From the NCBI GenBank assembly GCA_036382575.1, contig DASVHL010000033.1, positions 8,389 through 72,388 on the forward strand: a DNA stretch of 64,000 nt. The letters are read 5' to 3'. The position numbers were made by a program, and so were the translations under genes. Under the pieces are notes generated by a model. The model ran no database searches. It had not been told where the DNA came from and saw only the letters and a list, made by a program, of their open reading frames with translations. This DNA comes from Candidatus Saccharimonadales bacterium. Lineage in GTDB: Bacteria; Patescibacteriota; Saccharimonadia; Saccharimonadales; Saccharimonadaceae. Shown here in pieces: positions 36,925-46,315 of the stretch (its first letter is position 1; each line of letters opens with the position of its first letter).

Positions 36925-38162
36925 CTCTTAAACGATACTAGTGTCACATTAACGGTCATCGTTTCACTACCGCGTAGAACTGTCAGCTTAATCGTATCAC
37001 CTGGCGCATATTCAGCCACCAAACTCGCAACACTCCCCCTGTCGCCAACTTCAATGTCACCGACCTTCGTGATAATATCCTTATCTTTTATACCAGCTTT
37101 AGCGGCTGGGCTATTGGCGGCAATGGCAGTTTTGTCTGTGCCGTTGTAGATATAGGCGCCTTTTTTGACCGACAGTTTGTAGTGTTCGGCAACATCAGCT
37201 GTAATTGGTACGTAATTAACCCCTAGATAAGCTCGTTGCACACCCTTGCCAGCTAGCACGCCTTTTAGAAGACCCTTGGTTGCACCAATAGGGATCGAGA
37301 AGCCGATACCTTGAGCGTCAGCAGCAATCGCCGTATTCAGGCCAATCACCTGACCATGCAGGTTTAGCAACGGACCACCTGAGTTACCAGGATTAATAGC
37401 TGCATCAGTTTGGATTAAATCAGTCAAAGTCTCAACCGATTCACCCGCCTGTGCCGCTACTGGACGACCTGTCCCGGAAATAATACCGCTCGTGACAGTG
37501 TTTTGGTATTGGCCAAGTGAATTACCAATCGCAATCACCTTCTGGCCCACTCGGACTGACGTGGAATCACCTAGTTCTGCAGCCGGAAGATCTCGAACAT
37601 TTGGAATACGCAAGAAAGCCACGTCGTTCAGTGGATCTGATCCGACAACCTGGACATCTTCGTAGGTTGTTCCGTCAGACAAAATGACACCAACTGTGCT
37701 TGCACCGTTAATAACATGCTTATTCGTCATGATATAGCCATCTTTACTGACAATAATACCCGTACCGGCGCCCTCTTCAGTTGAGCTTCCAAAATAATAA
37801 TCACTCGCTTGAGATTGCGTAACTACAGATACAACGCTTGGTGATACTTTACTGACAACACTTGCCAAATTTTCTTCCTCGGGCGTAACAAGCGTATTGC
37901 CATCAGTTCCACTCGTAATACGTGAGGCCAAATCGCCGGTATTCTTTTGTCCAAGTGTCGCAAGCTGTGCCCCGCCAAATCCAGCAGCAAGCGCCAAGAT
38001 AACAATTCCGCTAATCATAGCGATGCGGAGCCACAAACCGCGTGGAGCTTGACGGCGAACGGGCGGCGATGGTGGCGCATACGTTGGTTGCGGTTGATCA
38101 CCTGTCACAACAGGAGGTAGCGAGTGGTTTGTTGGCGAATTTGGTGATTGGTTCATGTTCAT
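36921..38162 (-). CDS. HtrA/DegP-family serine protease (S1C) with one PDZ domain
   Basis: TNKHV (His), DVAFLRI (Asp), GNSGGPLLN (Ser), and a C-terminal PDZ. The true start may be the second ATG at 38156, which has better SD spacing. Confidence 0.88.
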   Translation of the reverse strand: MNMNQSPNSPTNHSLPPVVTGDQPQPTYAPPSPPVRRQAPRGLWLRIAMISGIVILALAAGFGGAQLATLGQKNTGDLASRITSGTDGNTLVTPEEENLASVVSKVSPSVVSVVTQSQASDYYFGSSTEEGAGTGIIVSKDGYIMTNKHVINGASTVGVILSDGTTYEDVQVVGSDPLNDVAFLRIPNVRDLPAAELGDSTSVRVGQKVIAIGNSLGQYQNTVTSGIISGTGRPVAAQAGESVETLTDLIQTDAAINPGNSGGPLLNLHGQVIGLNTAIAADAQGIGFSIPIGATKGLLKGVLAGKGVQRAYLGVNYVPITADVAEHYKLSVKKGAYIYNGTDKTAIAANSPAAKAGIKDKDIITKVGDIEVGDRGSVASLVAEYAPGDTIKLTVLRGSETMTVNVTLVSFKS

Positions 38163-38201
38163 TCTCCTACGTTAATGGGTTTGCCTGATAAATTCCTGAA
38201 A

Positions 38202-38981
38202 CTAAATAACACCGTTAGTGATCGTATTAAAGAACACGATCAAGAGCAGAATCACACTCACAGATAGCAGTGCTGGCATGATCACGTCACTCGAACGGAC
38301 ACTGCCGTGCTTTTCGTAACTAACATACGCTCGCTCGGCAACAAAACTAATTCCAAGCGCAATCAGAGCCGCTTGTGTCAATTGGATATCACCCACGCCC
38401 GGTAAAGCATAGGCAAACGCCCAGTGATACGTCAACCAACCGATTTCAGCGAAGAGTAAGCCCCATACAAGACTATAGAACGAAGTGTGAGGTTCATCGT
38501 AGCTACTAAGTACGTGCCGAGCAGCACTGTACCCGATTAGCCACATCATTATAACAGGGACAGTTGCAATCCAGTCGTATGACACAATCATTAGCGCACT
38601 CACCCCAAGGAAGATTGCCGCACCCGCCTGTACCGCCATAAAGGTTCGCTTTGATTTTGGCTTTATGTAAAGAAGCCAGACAATGTACAAAATAGTTATC
38701 AGCAGCTGCGCTGTGAACGCGCCAGTTGCTGAATACAACAGAACAACGACACTCAAGCTGACAATTAAATCAACAAGATTCGTCTGAATGTTTGCAAACC
38801 AATAACGTGGGCGGACCGCCAAGATGCGCCATTTACTAAGGAGTACAAGAGCAAATGCCGGTAGCGGTGAGCTTGTCGCTGATACAACAATCAGCAATGT
38901 CACTGCCAAGGCAACATTTAAGCCAACATAGATAAGTTCACTGACGAGTGAACGACGTTTAGATGATTTTAGAAACTCCAT
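38202..38981 (-). CDS. polytopic membrane protein, unknown function
   Basis: About 8 predicted hydrophobic helices. The ATG at 38981 avoids overlap with the LCP gene. Confidence 0.55.
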   Translation of the reverse strand: MEFLKSSKRRSLVSELIYVGLNVALAVTLLIVVSATSSPLPAFALVLLSKWRILAVRPRYWFANIQTNLVDLIVSLSVVVLLYSATGAFTAQLLITILYIVWLLYIKPKSKRTFMAVQAGAAIFLGVSALMIVSYDWIATVPVIMMWLIGYSAARHVLSSYDEPHTSFYSLVWGLLFAEIGWLTYHWAFAYALPGVGDIQLTQAALIALGISFVAERAYVSYEKHGSVRSSDVIMPALLSVSVILLLIVFFNTITNGVI

Positions 38982-39006
38982 GATCTTCCCTATTATAGCA
39001 CTTCTG

Positions 39007-40647
39007 CTATTGCGCTGAACGATCTTTACCAAAGATAATCACAAAGTTCGTACCAGCACTCACTGTGACTGGAGGGGCTGTCGTTTTGACTTCGACGCCA
39101 AACGCCGATTTCAGCTTCGCTTTAGTGCCTGTCATACCTGTGCCAACTTGATAAATTTCAATATCAGCATATTTTGCCTCTGGTGCATTATCGATATCAC
39201 TCACGATAAAGCCTGCTTCGGTCAACTTGTCAGCTTCTGTCTGCGCAACACCAGTCACTCCAGAGCCATTCAGGACAACGACCTTAGCACCTTCACGCGT
39301 CACCGGATCGGTGCTCAATTTTTGCTTAAGGAAACTGCGAATGCCACTATAGTTAAAGATACCAGCCGACGGCATCACCACACTAGCTCCGTTGTATGGA
39401 CCACTCGTCACCACTGCATCATCACCGTCGAATAGACTGAGTGATGTAATACTAGCAACTGGGATATCCGTACCAAGTTGCATCAATGTGCGAATCTCGT
39501 TCGTTTCAAAGTTGGTACGTAGGTTATTACCCAGGCTATCGATCAGTCCGGTTACCTTACCTAGGTCGGTCAACGTACCAGTACTCACCGCTTTTTCTTT
39601 CAGTGCAATGATAATTTTCTGCTGATTTTTCTCGCGGTCAAAGTTAGAGTTGCCAAGACCATAGGTAGGTGCAATGTCACCACGCGCCATAGCTAGATAC
39701 AATGCATGCTCACCATCAAGGTGATGAACGCCGTTATCGTATTTCACCAAGAAACAATTGTAGTTACAGCGCCAGTCAAAGTTGCGATCAAAGACACCTG
39801 GGTCGCCATTGCTGCCCTGAATATCAACATCTACACCACCGACAGCGTTCACTGCATCTTTAATGACTGTGTTATTAACATGAACACCATACTGAATATC
39901 CATACCGAAAATATCACCAACAAACTTCTGCGTCTTTGTCAGACGCTCTTGTTCTGCCTCGGGGGTAGTATAGTCTTCGTTCACACAGTTAAAGTATTCG
40001 TTAATCTTTCCCTGGTAGCCACTGTTACACGCCATACCGTACTGGACATACAAATCACGTGGAATACTAAACATCGACGCCGCTTTACTCTTTTGATCAA
40101 TACTGACAATCATCATTGAGTCGGTCAAGAATGCGCCACCATGCCCTGGATCATCTTCTGATGTACCAAGGATTAGGATATTACTTCGCCCGTTTGCGTC
40201 TTGCTTCAAAGGTTCGCTCTGAACGAGTCCTAGAATATTACCCTTAAAGATGTTGCCACTGGCACGTAGTGTCTTGTACGCTAACCATCCACCGACAGCA
40301 GCCAGCAACACAACGATCGCAATAATCACCCACTTCGTAACGCGGCGTTTCTTAAGCTTAGTGTCGGTGCGACGCTTTTTTCCAAATGGCCATCGTCGTT
40401 TTTTAACCGGCTCGACATTTGTTGCTGGAATACTATTTAACGACTCGGTAATATCACGACGACTCAAGCCGAGGTTACTCTGCTGCAAACCTGCTGCACT
40501 GACATTTGATGGTCGCTCCAGACCACGAGCTGGCGCTGGTGCCGCAGGGCGACGATTAACATTAGCTTGGCCTGGGTGACGCTCACCCAATCGGCTATCA
40601 GCTCGGCGTGGAATAAATCCGTCGATTGAAGGTTTCTGTGGTTTCAT
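39007..40647 (-). CDS. LytR-CpsA-Psr (LCP) family phosphotransferase with LytR_C domain
   Basis: Basic cytoplasmic tail, one TM, and the LCP core (NILILGTSEDD..., TDSMMIVSID, SIPRDLYV). C-terminal VVVLNGSGVTGVA domain. Confidence 0.85.
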   Translation of the reverse strand: MKPQKPSIDGFIPRRADSRLGERHPGQANVNRRPAAPAPARGLERPSNVSAAGLQQSNLGLSRRDITESLNSIPATNVEPVKKRRWPFGKKRRTDTKLKKRRVTKWVIIAIVVLLAAVGGWLAYKTLRASGNIFKGNILGLVQSEPLKQDANGRSNILILGTSEDDPGHGGAFLTDSMMIVSIDQKSKAASMFSIPRDLYVQYGMACNSGYQGKINEYFNCVNEDYTTPEAEQERLTKTQKFVGDIFGMDIQYGVHVNNTVIKDAVNAVGGVDVDIQGSNGDPGVFDRNFDWRCNYNCFLVKYDNGVHHLDGEHALYLAMARGDIAPTYGLGNSNFDREKNQQKIIIALKEKAVSTGTLTDLGKVTGLIDSLGNNLRTNFETNEIRTLMQLGTDIPVASITSLSLFDGDDAVVTSGPYNGASVVMPSAGIFNYSGIRSFLKQKLSTDPVTREGAKVVVLNGSGVTGVAQTEADKLTEAGFIVSDIDNAPEAKYADIEIYQVGTGMTGTKAKLKSAFGVEVKTTAPPVTVSAGTNFVIIFGKDRSAQ

Positions 40648-40735
40648 AAATCTGTATCTACTATAAACGATTCCGGCCTATTTTTGAACTAAAAAACCAT
40701 AAACAAGTTTGCTTTTATCTGACCCCTAATGCGTG

Positions 40736-40741
40736 TATAGT
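40736..40741 (+). promoter_or_regulatory. -10 box (TATAGT) 7 nt upstream of the lepB ATG
   Basis: gtgTATAGTaatagtaATG, with no SD. Confidence 0.35.
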
Positions 40742-40748
40742 AATAGTA

Positions 40749-41348
40749 ATGGAAGCTTCATTTATGCAACGGCACCCCTTCATTAAAGACACTCTCGGCA
40801 TCTTTGTCTTTCTCGGATGTGTCCTTATTGGTACCGTTATTATCAACGCCTTTATTTTCCGCAGCTTCAATGTTGTCGGCCCTAGCATGGAAACAACCAT
40901 GTACACTGGCGACCGCTTAATCGTCAACCGCCTCCCTGTCACATGGGCACAGCTACAAAACAAACCGTACGTTCCGGATCGTGGGCAGGTTATCGTCTTC
41001 AAGAATCCACATTATAATATCGGCACTGGCGACGAATATATCGTTAAGCGTGTCATTGCCTTTCCTGGTGAACGCGTCACAGTCAAAGATGGTGTCATGA
41101 TGGTTTATAATGCCGAGCACCCCGAAGGCTTTAATCCCGACGATGCAAATCACGGGGAACCTGGCTCACCAACAAGTGGTGATGTCGACACGACTGTCAC
41201 TGACGGCACATTATTTGTTGCTGGTGACCACCGCCAAGGTGAATACTCACTCGACTCACGTAGTGGTCTAGGATTAATCCCGTATTACGATGTTGTTGGA
41301 CCTGTCGGTCTTCGTGTTTATCCGTTTACAAAAATCCGAACGTTCTAG
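40749..41348 (+). CDS. lepB: signal peptidase I
   Basis: GPSMETTMYTGDRLIVNR (Ser box), KRVIAFPGERV (Lys box), GDHRQGEYSLDSR. Confidence 0.87.
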   Translation: MEASFMQRHPFIKDTLGIFVFLGCVLIGTVIINAFIFRSFNVVGPSMETTMYTGDRLIVNRLPVTWAQLQNKPYVPDRGQVIVFKNPHYNIGTGDEYIVKRVIAFPGERVTVKDGVMMVYNAEHPEGFNPDDANHGEPGSPTSGDVDTTVTDGTLFVAGDHRQGEYSLDSRSGLGLIPYYDVVGPVGLRVYPFTKIRTF

Positions 41349-42244
41349 TTCGATTGATCAAGTAATTTTTCGAGTCGCTTAAATTCGTCGTCGCTTTTGA
41401 AACGAATAATAATCTGGCCAGCACCTTTGGCATTGGTTTTAACGCTCACATCTGTCGCTAGACGCTTCACAAGACGTGCTGTCGTTTCTTTGTATGGTTG
41501 ATCATCAATCTTAGGACGTGCCGCTGTATCGGCTGTTTTTGGAGCTTTTTTAAGCTGAACAATAAACTGTTCAATCTTGCGAGCACTCCACTCCTCTTTC
41601 AGAATTGTAGGTAATACCTCTTCGATAATAGCTGGGTCAAGATTTACTAGTGGTCGAGCTTGGCCCTCTCGTAGACGACCATCCAGCAGCGCTTCGCGCA
41701 CTGATTCTGGTAAACGTAGCAAACGTAGCGTGTTGCTCACCGCACTTACCGACTTACCGCCAACACGTTGGCCAATCTGGTCAAGCGTGAGGTTAAATTG
41801 ATCACGAAGTTTCAAGTAGGCCGTTGCTGTTTCGAGGACGTTTAGGTCTCGGCGTTGCAGATTTTCGATCAATGACAGCTCAAGTTTATGCTGATTACTA
41901 AGCGTCCGCACCAAAGCAGGCATTTTATCAAGCCCTGCCATTTGCGCCGCGCGGTAACGACGTTCACCGGCAACGATCTGATAGCCACCAGCTTTTGGTG
42001 TCACGACAATTGGCTGCAATATACCATGCTCCTTAATCGAAGCAGCTAATTCGTCTAATGCACCTTCGTCAAAATGACGGCGTGGCTGATCTGGGTCGGC
42101 GGTAATTTCAGAGACCTTAATGTGACGAAGATCACTCACCTGGTCGTCCTGAGCAGCTGTAGGGTCAAATGACTCATCCAACAATTCAGTTGGAATTAAT
42201 GAATCAAAACTTCGTCCTAGACCTTTTTTAACCGACACGCTCAA
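41345..42244 (-). CDS. parB: chromosome partitioning protein ParB
   Basis: KGLGRSFDSLI, ParB box GILQPIVV...GERRYRAA, and an HTH. The start is TTG 42244 or, with better SD spacing, GTG 42238. Confidence 0.92.
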   Translation of the reverse strand: MSVSVKKGLGRSFDSLIPTELLDESFDPTAAQDDQVSDLRHIKVSEITADPDQPRRHFDEGALDELAASIKEHGILQPIVVTPKAGGYQIVAGERRYRAAQMAGLDKMPALVRTLSNQHKLELSLIENLQRRDLNVLETATAYLKLRDQFNLTLDQIGQRVGGKSVSAVSNTLRLLRLPESVREALLDGRLREGQARPLVNLDPAIIEEVLPTILKEEWSARKIEQFIVQLKKAPKTADTAARPKIDDQPYKETTARLVKRLATDVSVKTNAKGAGQIIIRFKSDDEFKRLEKLLDQSN

Positions 42245-42989
42245 TTACCTCCTTGGTGACTGCTTTATAGGCACGGGCACCCTTAGAAAACTTGTCATAT
42301 ACACCGACCGGCAGTCCATGGCTTGGCGCTTCCGCCAAACGAATATTACGCGGGATAACCGTCTTGAACACCTTACCCGGAAAGTGTTTCTTAATCTCTT
42401 CATGGACCTGACCGCTCAGTGTCGTGCGACCATCAACCATAGTTGGCAATACACCGATCAAATCAAGTGTTGGGTTCATACTCTTGCGGATCAGTTTCAT
42501 CGTCTCTAGCAGTTGCCCAAGACCTTCAAGCGCATAAAATTCAGCCTGGACTGGCAACAATACATAACGTGCGGCGATTAAGCCGTTGACCGTCAAGAGA
42601 CTAAGGCTCGGCGGACTATCAATAATCACAAAATCATAATTTGGCGTGCTATCAATGGCATTCTTTAAACGCGTAAAACGACGGTTCGCCTGTGCAAGCT
42701 CAACTTCCGTGTTGGCAAGATGTGACGTTGCTGGAGCGATAAATAAATTCTTATGATCGGTCGGCAAAATAACGTCGACCAATTGTTTGGTCTCTAGAAT
42801 TACATCTGTCATTGTGCCTTCAAGCAGTTGCTTATCAATACCAAGACCACTTGAGGCATTGCCCTGTGGATCAAAATCAACAAGCAAGGTCTTCTTGCCC
42901 ATTTTTGCCAAATAATAGGCAATATTAACGGCACTCGTCGTCTTGCCTACACCACCTTTTTGATTTGTTACTGAGATGACAGTCGTCAC
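42228..42989 (-). CDS. parA: chromosome partitioning ATPase ParA/Soj
   Basis: Deviant Walker A NQKGGVGKTT. GTG start. Confidence 0.92.
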   Translation of the reverse strand: MTTVISVTNQKGGVGKTTSAVNIAYYLAKMGKKTLLVDFDPQGNASSGLGIDKQLLEGTMTDVILETKQLVDVILPTDHKNLFIAPATSHLANTEVELAQANRRFTRLKNAIDSTPNYDFVIIDSPPSLSLLTVNGLIAARYVLLPVQAEFYALEGLGQLLETMKLIRKSMNPTLDLIGVLPTMVDGRTTLSGQVHEEIKKHFPGKVFKTVIPRNIRLAEAPSHGLPVGVYDKFSKGARAYKAVTKEVIERVG

Positions 42990-43038
42990 AGTGTTTATCT
43001 TCCCTCTTCTTTCACTCTATTGTAGCACGAGCGGAATT

Positions 43039-43070
43039 AAAAATCCCCGCTTTTTTGAGCAGGGATTTTA
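43039..43070 (-). terminator. terminator after the RCC1-repeat gene
   Basis: Stem ATCCCCGC / GCAGGGAT (one mismatch) flanked by A and T runs. Confidence 0.55.
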
Positions 43071-43092
43071 TATGCCTTACACAGATCAATAT

Positions 43093-45723
43093 CTATGCTT
43101 TGCGGCGGCGCGCTACACTTATTACTACAAGCGCTATGATCGTTACACCTACGGCCGCACCAATAATGACCCAAAGGGGGGGACTATTTTTTTGTTCACC
43201 CTGGGCTACTGATAGTGGCTCGGTATCAGTCTGAACAGATGCCACTGCCGCCACCTGAACCGGATACGGGCCAAGATGTGTTGTCTGATTATCCGGGCTT
43301 GTCATGGCAATTTTTACCGTGTGGCTACCGGCAGGAAGCTTATCGCTCAGTTGGCACTCCCAATTACCCTCACTATCCGCTTTGGTGGTACATGTCACAG
43401 GATCGGAGTGAACCGTTACAACAACGGTACTATACGGTGCAGCCTTGCCACGAAAAACAGGCAGTGAAGAGATTACAGGGATGCCATCTATCCCCTTCTG
43501 ATCAACAGACACAATCGGTACTGTTGGCGCTTCATCAACAGGTGTCTGACTCTGAGCTACAATCACTGCAGCAATGAGCGGAGACCTAAGGATAGTAGCA
43601 AGTGATGGCGGCGTGAGTATTGCGGCAGGCGCTGGCGGTGTTGTTGGCTGTGGCATCTCACCACCTTCATCAACAGGATTGTTATCTACTGGTGCGTTAA
43701 AACTGTATACATTAGACCCATTCACAGATACCGTTCCAGGCTCTGTAACATCAAAAGTATCAGGCAGCCAGATCTTGATTTGAGACGAACTCATTAGCTG
43801 CTGATCAACGTTAAAGCTATAAACGAAATAACATGGCTGCTCAGTTGTATACACCGTCCCCGGCGTAGACTGCAGCACGGTCAATAACAGACCGCCGGCA
43901 CACGGTAAAATTGATTGGTCATTAAGACTTACGGTAAATACACCAAAGATCGCATCATTAACCTCACTTCCGTCACCCTTGTAATAACTTGATCCGTTAA
44001 CGTTCATGATAGTCTTGTCTTGATCTTGAATGAATTCAACACCGCTAACGATCTTTGGAGGTGCCACGTTGTACGTGAATGCATGGGAAAGCGTGTCGGT
44101 AGCGGTGCCTGGATTTGTAACAGATACATCGACAGCCGTCGTGGCTGTTAATCCAGCAGGTGCTGTAACGGTAACCGTCAGCATCGTATTAGTCACCTCT
44201 ACCACAGGAACTACTTGATCACCGTATTTTACGACCGTATCGTCCGTAAACCCTTCACCAATAACATAGCTCTCCATTGTTGCGCCAGGAGCATAATTCA
44301 TCTCGCTACTTGAAACGCTAGTAACTGCCAGTCTTTTTCCAACAACTACCGGGACACTACTAGTAGCAGTGGAGTCATTACCTAGCCGGCCAAAATTATA
44401 TCCCCAACAATAAACATCGCCGCTAGCAAGTACACAGGTAAAGTTCTCGGCTGTCGCAATCTTTGTGACCGTCTTGTTTGCAAGAACACCAGAAGTATCG
44501 ACTGCGACAGGCGCACTGACACCTTCCACATCACTACCATCGCCAAGACGTCCTAATTGATTTGACCCCCAAGCATACGCACGACCATCTGCTATAGCAT
44601 ATGCTGTGTTAGGTGGCGCCACAATACTCGTCAAAGTCTTACCCTGAAGAACACCAGAAGCATCGACTGCAACGGGCAGATTACCACTTGGCGCATTGCC
44701 ATTGCCGAGATCATCATGCTGATCAGGGCCCCAACAGTATCCAGCCCCATTGGCAATTGCACAGGTAAATTCACCCTTTGCGGATAGCTGAGTGACATTC
44801 TTATTTAACAATAGTCCGGTTACCCTGGTTGGTACATTTATGACCGACGTTGTTGTCCCGTTGCCCAGCTGGCCGAGACTATTAGCCCCCCAGCAGTATA
44901 CGCTGCCGTCACTCGATAAAGCACAGCTGCGACTTGCCCCGATTGCAAGTTTTATAATCTGCTTACCAGCGAGTGCGTCAGACGCATCGACGGCTACCGG
45001 AGCGTTTACGATATTACCATTCGTACCATTGCCCACTTCTCCTGTGAAATTACTTCCCCAGCAATAAGCGGCTGCGCCTGCAAGCGCACAGGCGTGCGAA
45101 GAACCGGTGAAAATTTGCGTCACATTCGTTTTGTCCGCAAGGACACCCACCACCCGCGTTGGAACCGTACTGCTACTTTCAATATTACCAAGCCGTCCGA
45201 ACGAATCTTCACCCCAACAATAAGCGCTCCCATCGGCAACTGCACAAACATATTGCGCATTCTGTCCTATCGAGATCTGTGTTACATTTTTCCCATCAAG
45301 CAAACCAGCCACCTTAACAGGAGTGCTACTATTTACAGTTGAGTCATTGCCAAGCGCACCGGCTTGATTACTACCCCAGCAATAGGCACTACCATCGACA
45401 AGCGCACATATCGTTGCAACACCTAGAGTGAGGTCTGTTGGAGTCTTACCCTCTGGCAGACCAATAACCTTAACAGGGCTAGACCGATCCGTAGTAGTCC
45501 CGTCGCCAAGCTGACCCGCAGCATTATCTCCCCAACAATATACATCTGCGCTAGCAATAACACAGCTAAAATCATTACCGCTCTTAATGTCAGTCACACT
45601 GCCAGCCTGCCACGGTGGAGTGAATACCGCAGCGTTTACAGACGGCGTTAGTATTTGAACAGTTTGCAATACACCCAGAGTAAGTACTGCAGTTATTAAT
45701 AATCCCCGCTTAACACGGGTCAT
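43093..45723 (-). CDS. cell-surface RCC1-repeat beta-propeller protein with IPT/TIG and Ig-like domains and a C-terminal TM anchor
   Basis: Signal peptide from ATG 45723 (MTRVKRGLLITAVLTLGVLQ...NA). At least 8 repeats of the CALxxDGxxYCWGxNxxGQLGxG type. TIG-like segment. C-terminal PLWVIIGAAVGVTIIALVVISVARRRKA. Confidence 0.8.
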   Translation of the reverse strand: MTRVKRGLLITAVLTLGVLQTVQILTPSVNAAVFTPPWQAGSVTDIKSGNDFSCVIASADVYCWGDNAAGQLGDGTTTDRSSPVKVIGLPEGKTPTDLTLGVATICALVDGSAYCWGSNQAGALGNDSTVNSSTPVKVAGLLDGKNVTQISIGQNAQYVCAVADGSAYCWGEDSFGRLGNIESSSTVPTRVVGVLADKTNVTQIFTGSSHACALAGAAAYCWGSNFTGEVGNGTNGNIVNAPVAVDASDALAGKQIIKLAIGASRSCALSSDGSVYCWGANSLGQLGNGTTTSVINVPTRVTGLLLNKNVTQLSAKGEFTCAIANGAGYCWGPDQHDDLGNGNAPSGNLPVAVDASGVLQGKTLTSIVAPPNTAYAIADGRAYAWGSNQLGRLGDGSDVEGVSAPVAVDTSGVLANKTVTKIATAENFTCVLASGDVYCWGYNFGRLGNDSTATSSVPVVVGKRLAVTSVSSSEMNYAPGATMESYVIGEGFTDDTVVKYGDQVVPVVEVTNTMLTVTVTAPAGLTATTAVDVSVTNPGTATDTLSHAFTYNVAPPKIVSGVEFIQDQDKTIMNVNGSSYYKGDGSEVNDAIFGVFTVSLNDQSILPCAGGLLLTVLQSTPGTVYTTEQPCYFVYSFNVDQQLMSSSQIKIWLPDTFDVTEPGTVSVNGSNVYSFNAPVDNNPVDEGGEMPQPTTPPAPAAILTPPSLATILRSPLIAAVIVAQSQTPVDEAPTVPIVSVDQKGIDGIPVISSLPVFRGKAAPYSTVVVTVHSDPVTCTTKADSEGNWECQLSDKLPAGSHTVKIAMTSPDNQTTHLGPYPVQVAAVASVQTDTEPLSVAQGEQKNSPPLWVIIGAAVGVTIIALVVISVARRRKA

Positions 45724-45843
45724 AATTACTCTTGCCTGTCGTATCTTCACCCGCCTACACCCTTGTCTACCGTACTGGTCCAATGCTTATATATTGTCTC
45801 AATAATACCATGAGCGAGGGGGCTCAGCCTAGGTTAAGTCATC

Positions 45844-45876
45844 AAAAAACCTCGCTTGATGGCGAGGTTTTTTGTT
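45844..45876 (-). terminator. rho-independent terminator after rplU (bidirectional shape)
   Basis: Stem CCTCGC / GCGAGG extended by A/T runs on both sides. Confidence 0.85.
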
Positions 45877-46185
45877 TTACTTGATTGAAGTGATTTCAAT
45901 CTTGCTGTATTTCTGGCGGTGGCCAGTTTCGGTGTGAACGCGCTTTTTCGCTTTGTAACGAATAACACGAACCTTATCACCCTTTACAAGGTCGTCTACA
46001 ACCTTGGCAACGACTTTGACACCCTTTACAGTTGGCGTGCCGACGGTTGTTTTATCACCATCAATTACCAACAGTGCATCAAGCGTGAGCTCTTTTGTGC
46101 CTTCCTGGAGGAGGTCCACCAGTAGGGTCTCTTTTTCGGCAACAATAAACTGTTTGCCACCGATCTTAACGACTGCTTTTGTCAT
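45877..46185 (-). CDS. rplU: 50S ribosomal protein L21
   Basis: MTKAVVKIGGKQFIVAEKETLLVD...HRQKYSKIEI. ATG at 46185 preceded by AAAGGA. Confidence 0.93.
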   Translation of the reverse strand: MTKAVVKIGGKQFIVAEKETLLVDLLQEGTKELTLDALLVIDGDKTTVGTPTVKGVKVVAKVVDDLVKGDKVRVIRYKAKKRVHTETGHRQKYSKIEITSIK

Positions 46186-46219
46186 ATGATTCCTTTTGTT
46201 ATTAATCAATCAGTTGTCA

Positions 46220-46248
46220 ATTGTAACAGATACAGCCTGTTTCGACAA
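46220..46248 (-). promoter_or_regulatory. sigma70-type promoter of rplU
   Basis: Minus strand: TTGTCG (46243-48), N17, TACAAT (46220-25). Confidence 0.55.
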
Positions 46249-46266
46249 GGGGCTAGATATGAAATT

Positions 46267-46312
46267 GAGCCTGTCCTATGAAGGAGCAGGCTCAACTTCA
46301 TAGGACAGGCTC
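46267..46312 (-). terminator. 17-bp perfect inverted repeat hairpin downstream of the 46316 gene
   Basis: GAGCCTGTCCTATGAAG (46267-83) pairs with CTTCATAGGACAGGCTC (46296-312). 12-nt loop. Weak T-tract. Confidence 0.7.
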
Positions 46313-46315
46313 TTG

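Noticed and set aside
41345-43092. Searched by eye for parS (TGTTNCACGTGAAACA) and DnaA boxes (TTATCCACA) near parAB as a sign of oriC.
   Set aside because: No convincing match was found, no dnaA, dnaN or rsmG gene is nearby, and gene orientation does not switch here. A by-eye scan is not exhaustive, so this is a weak negative.
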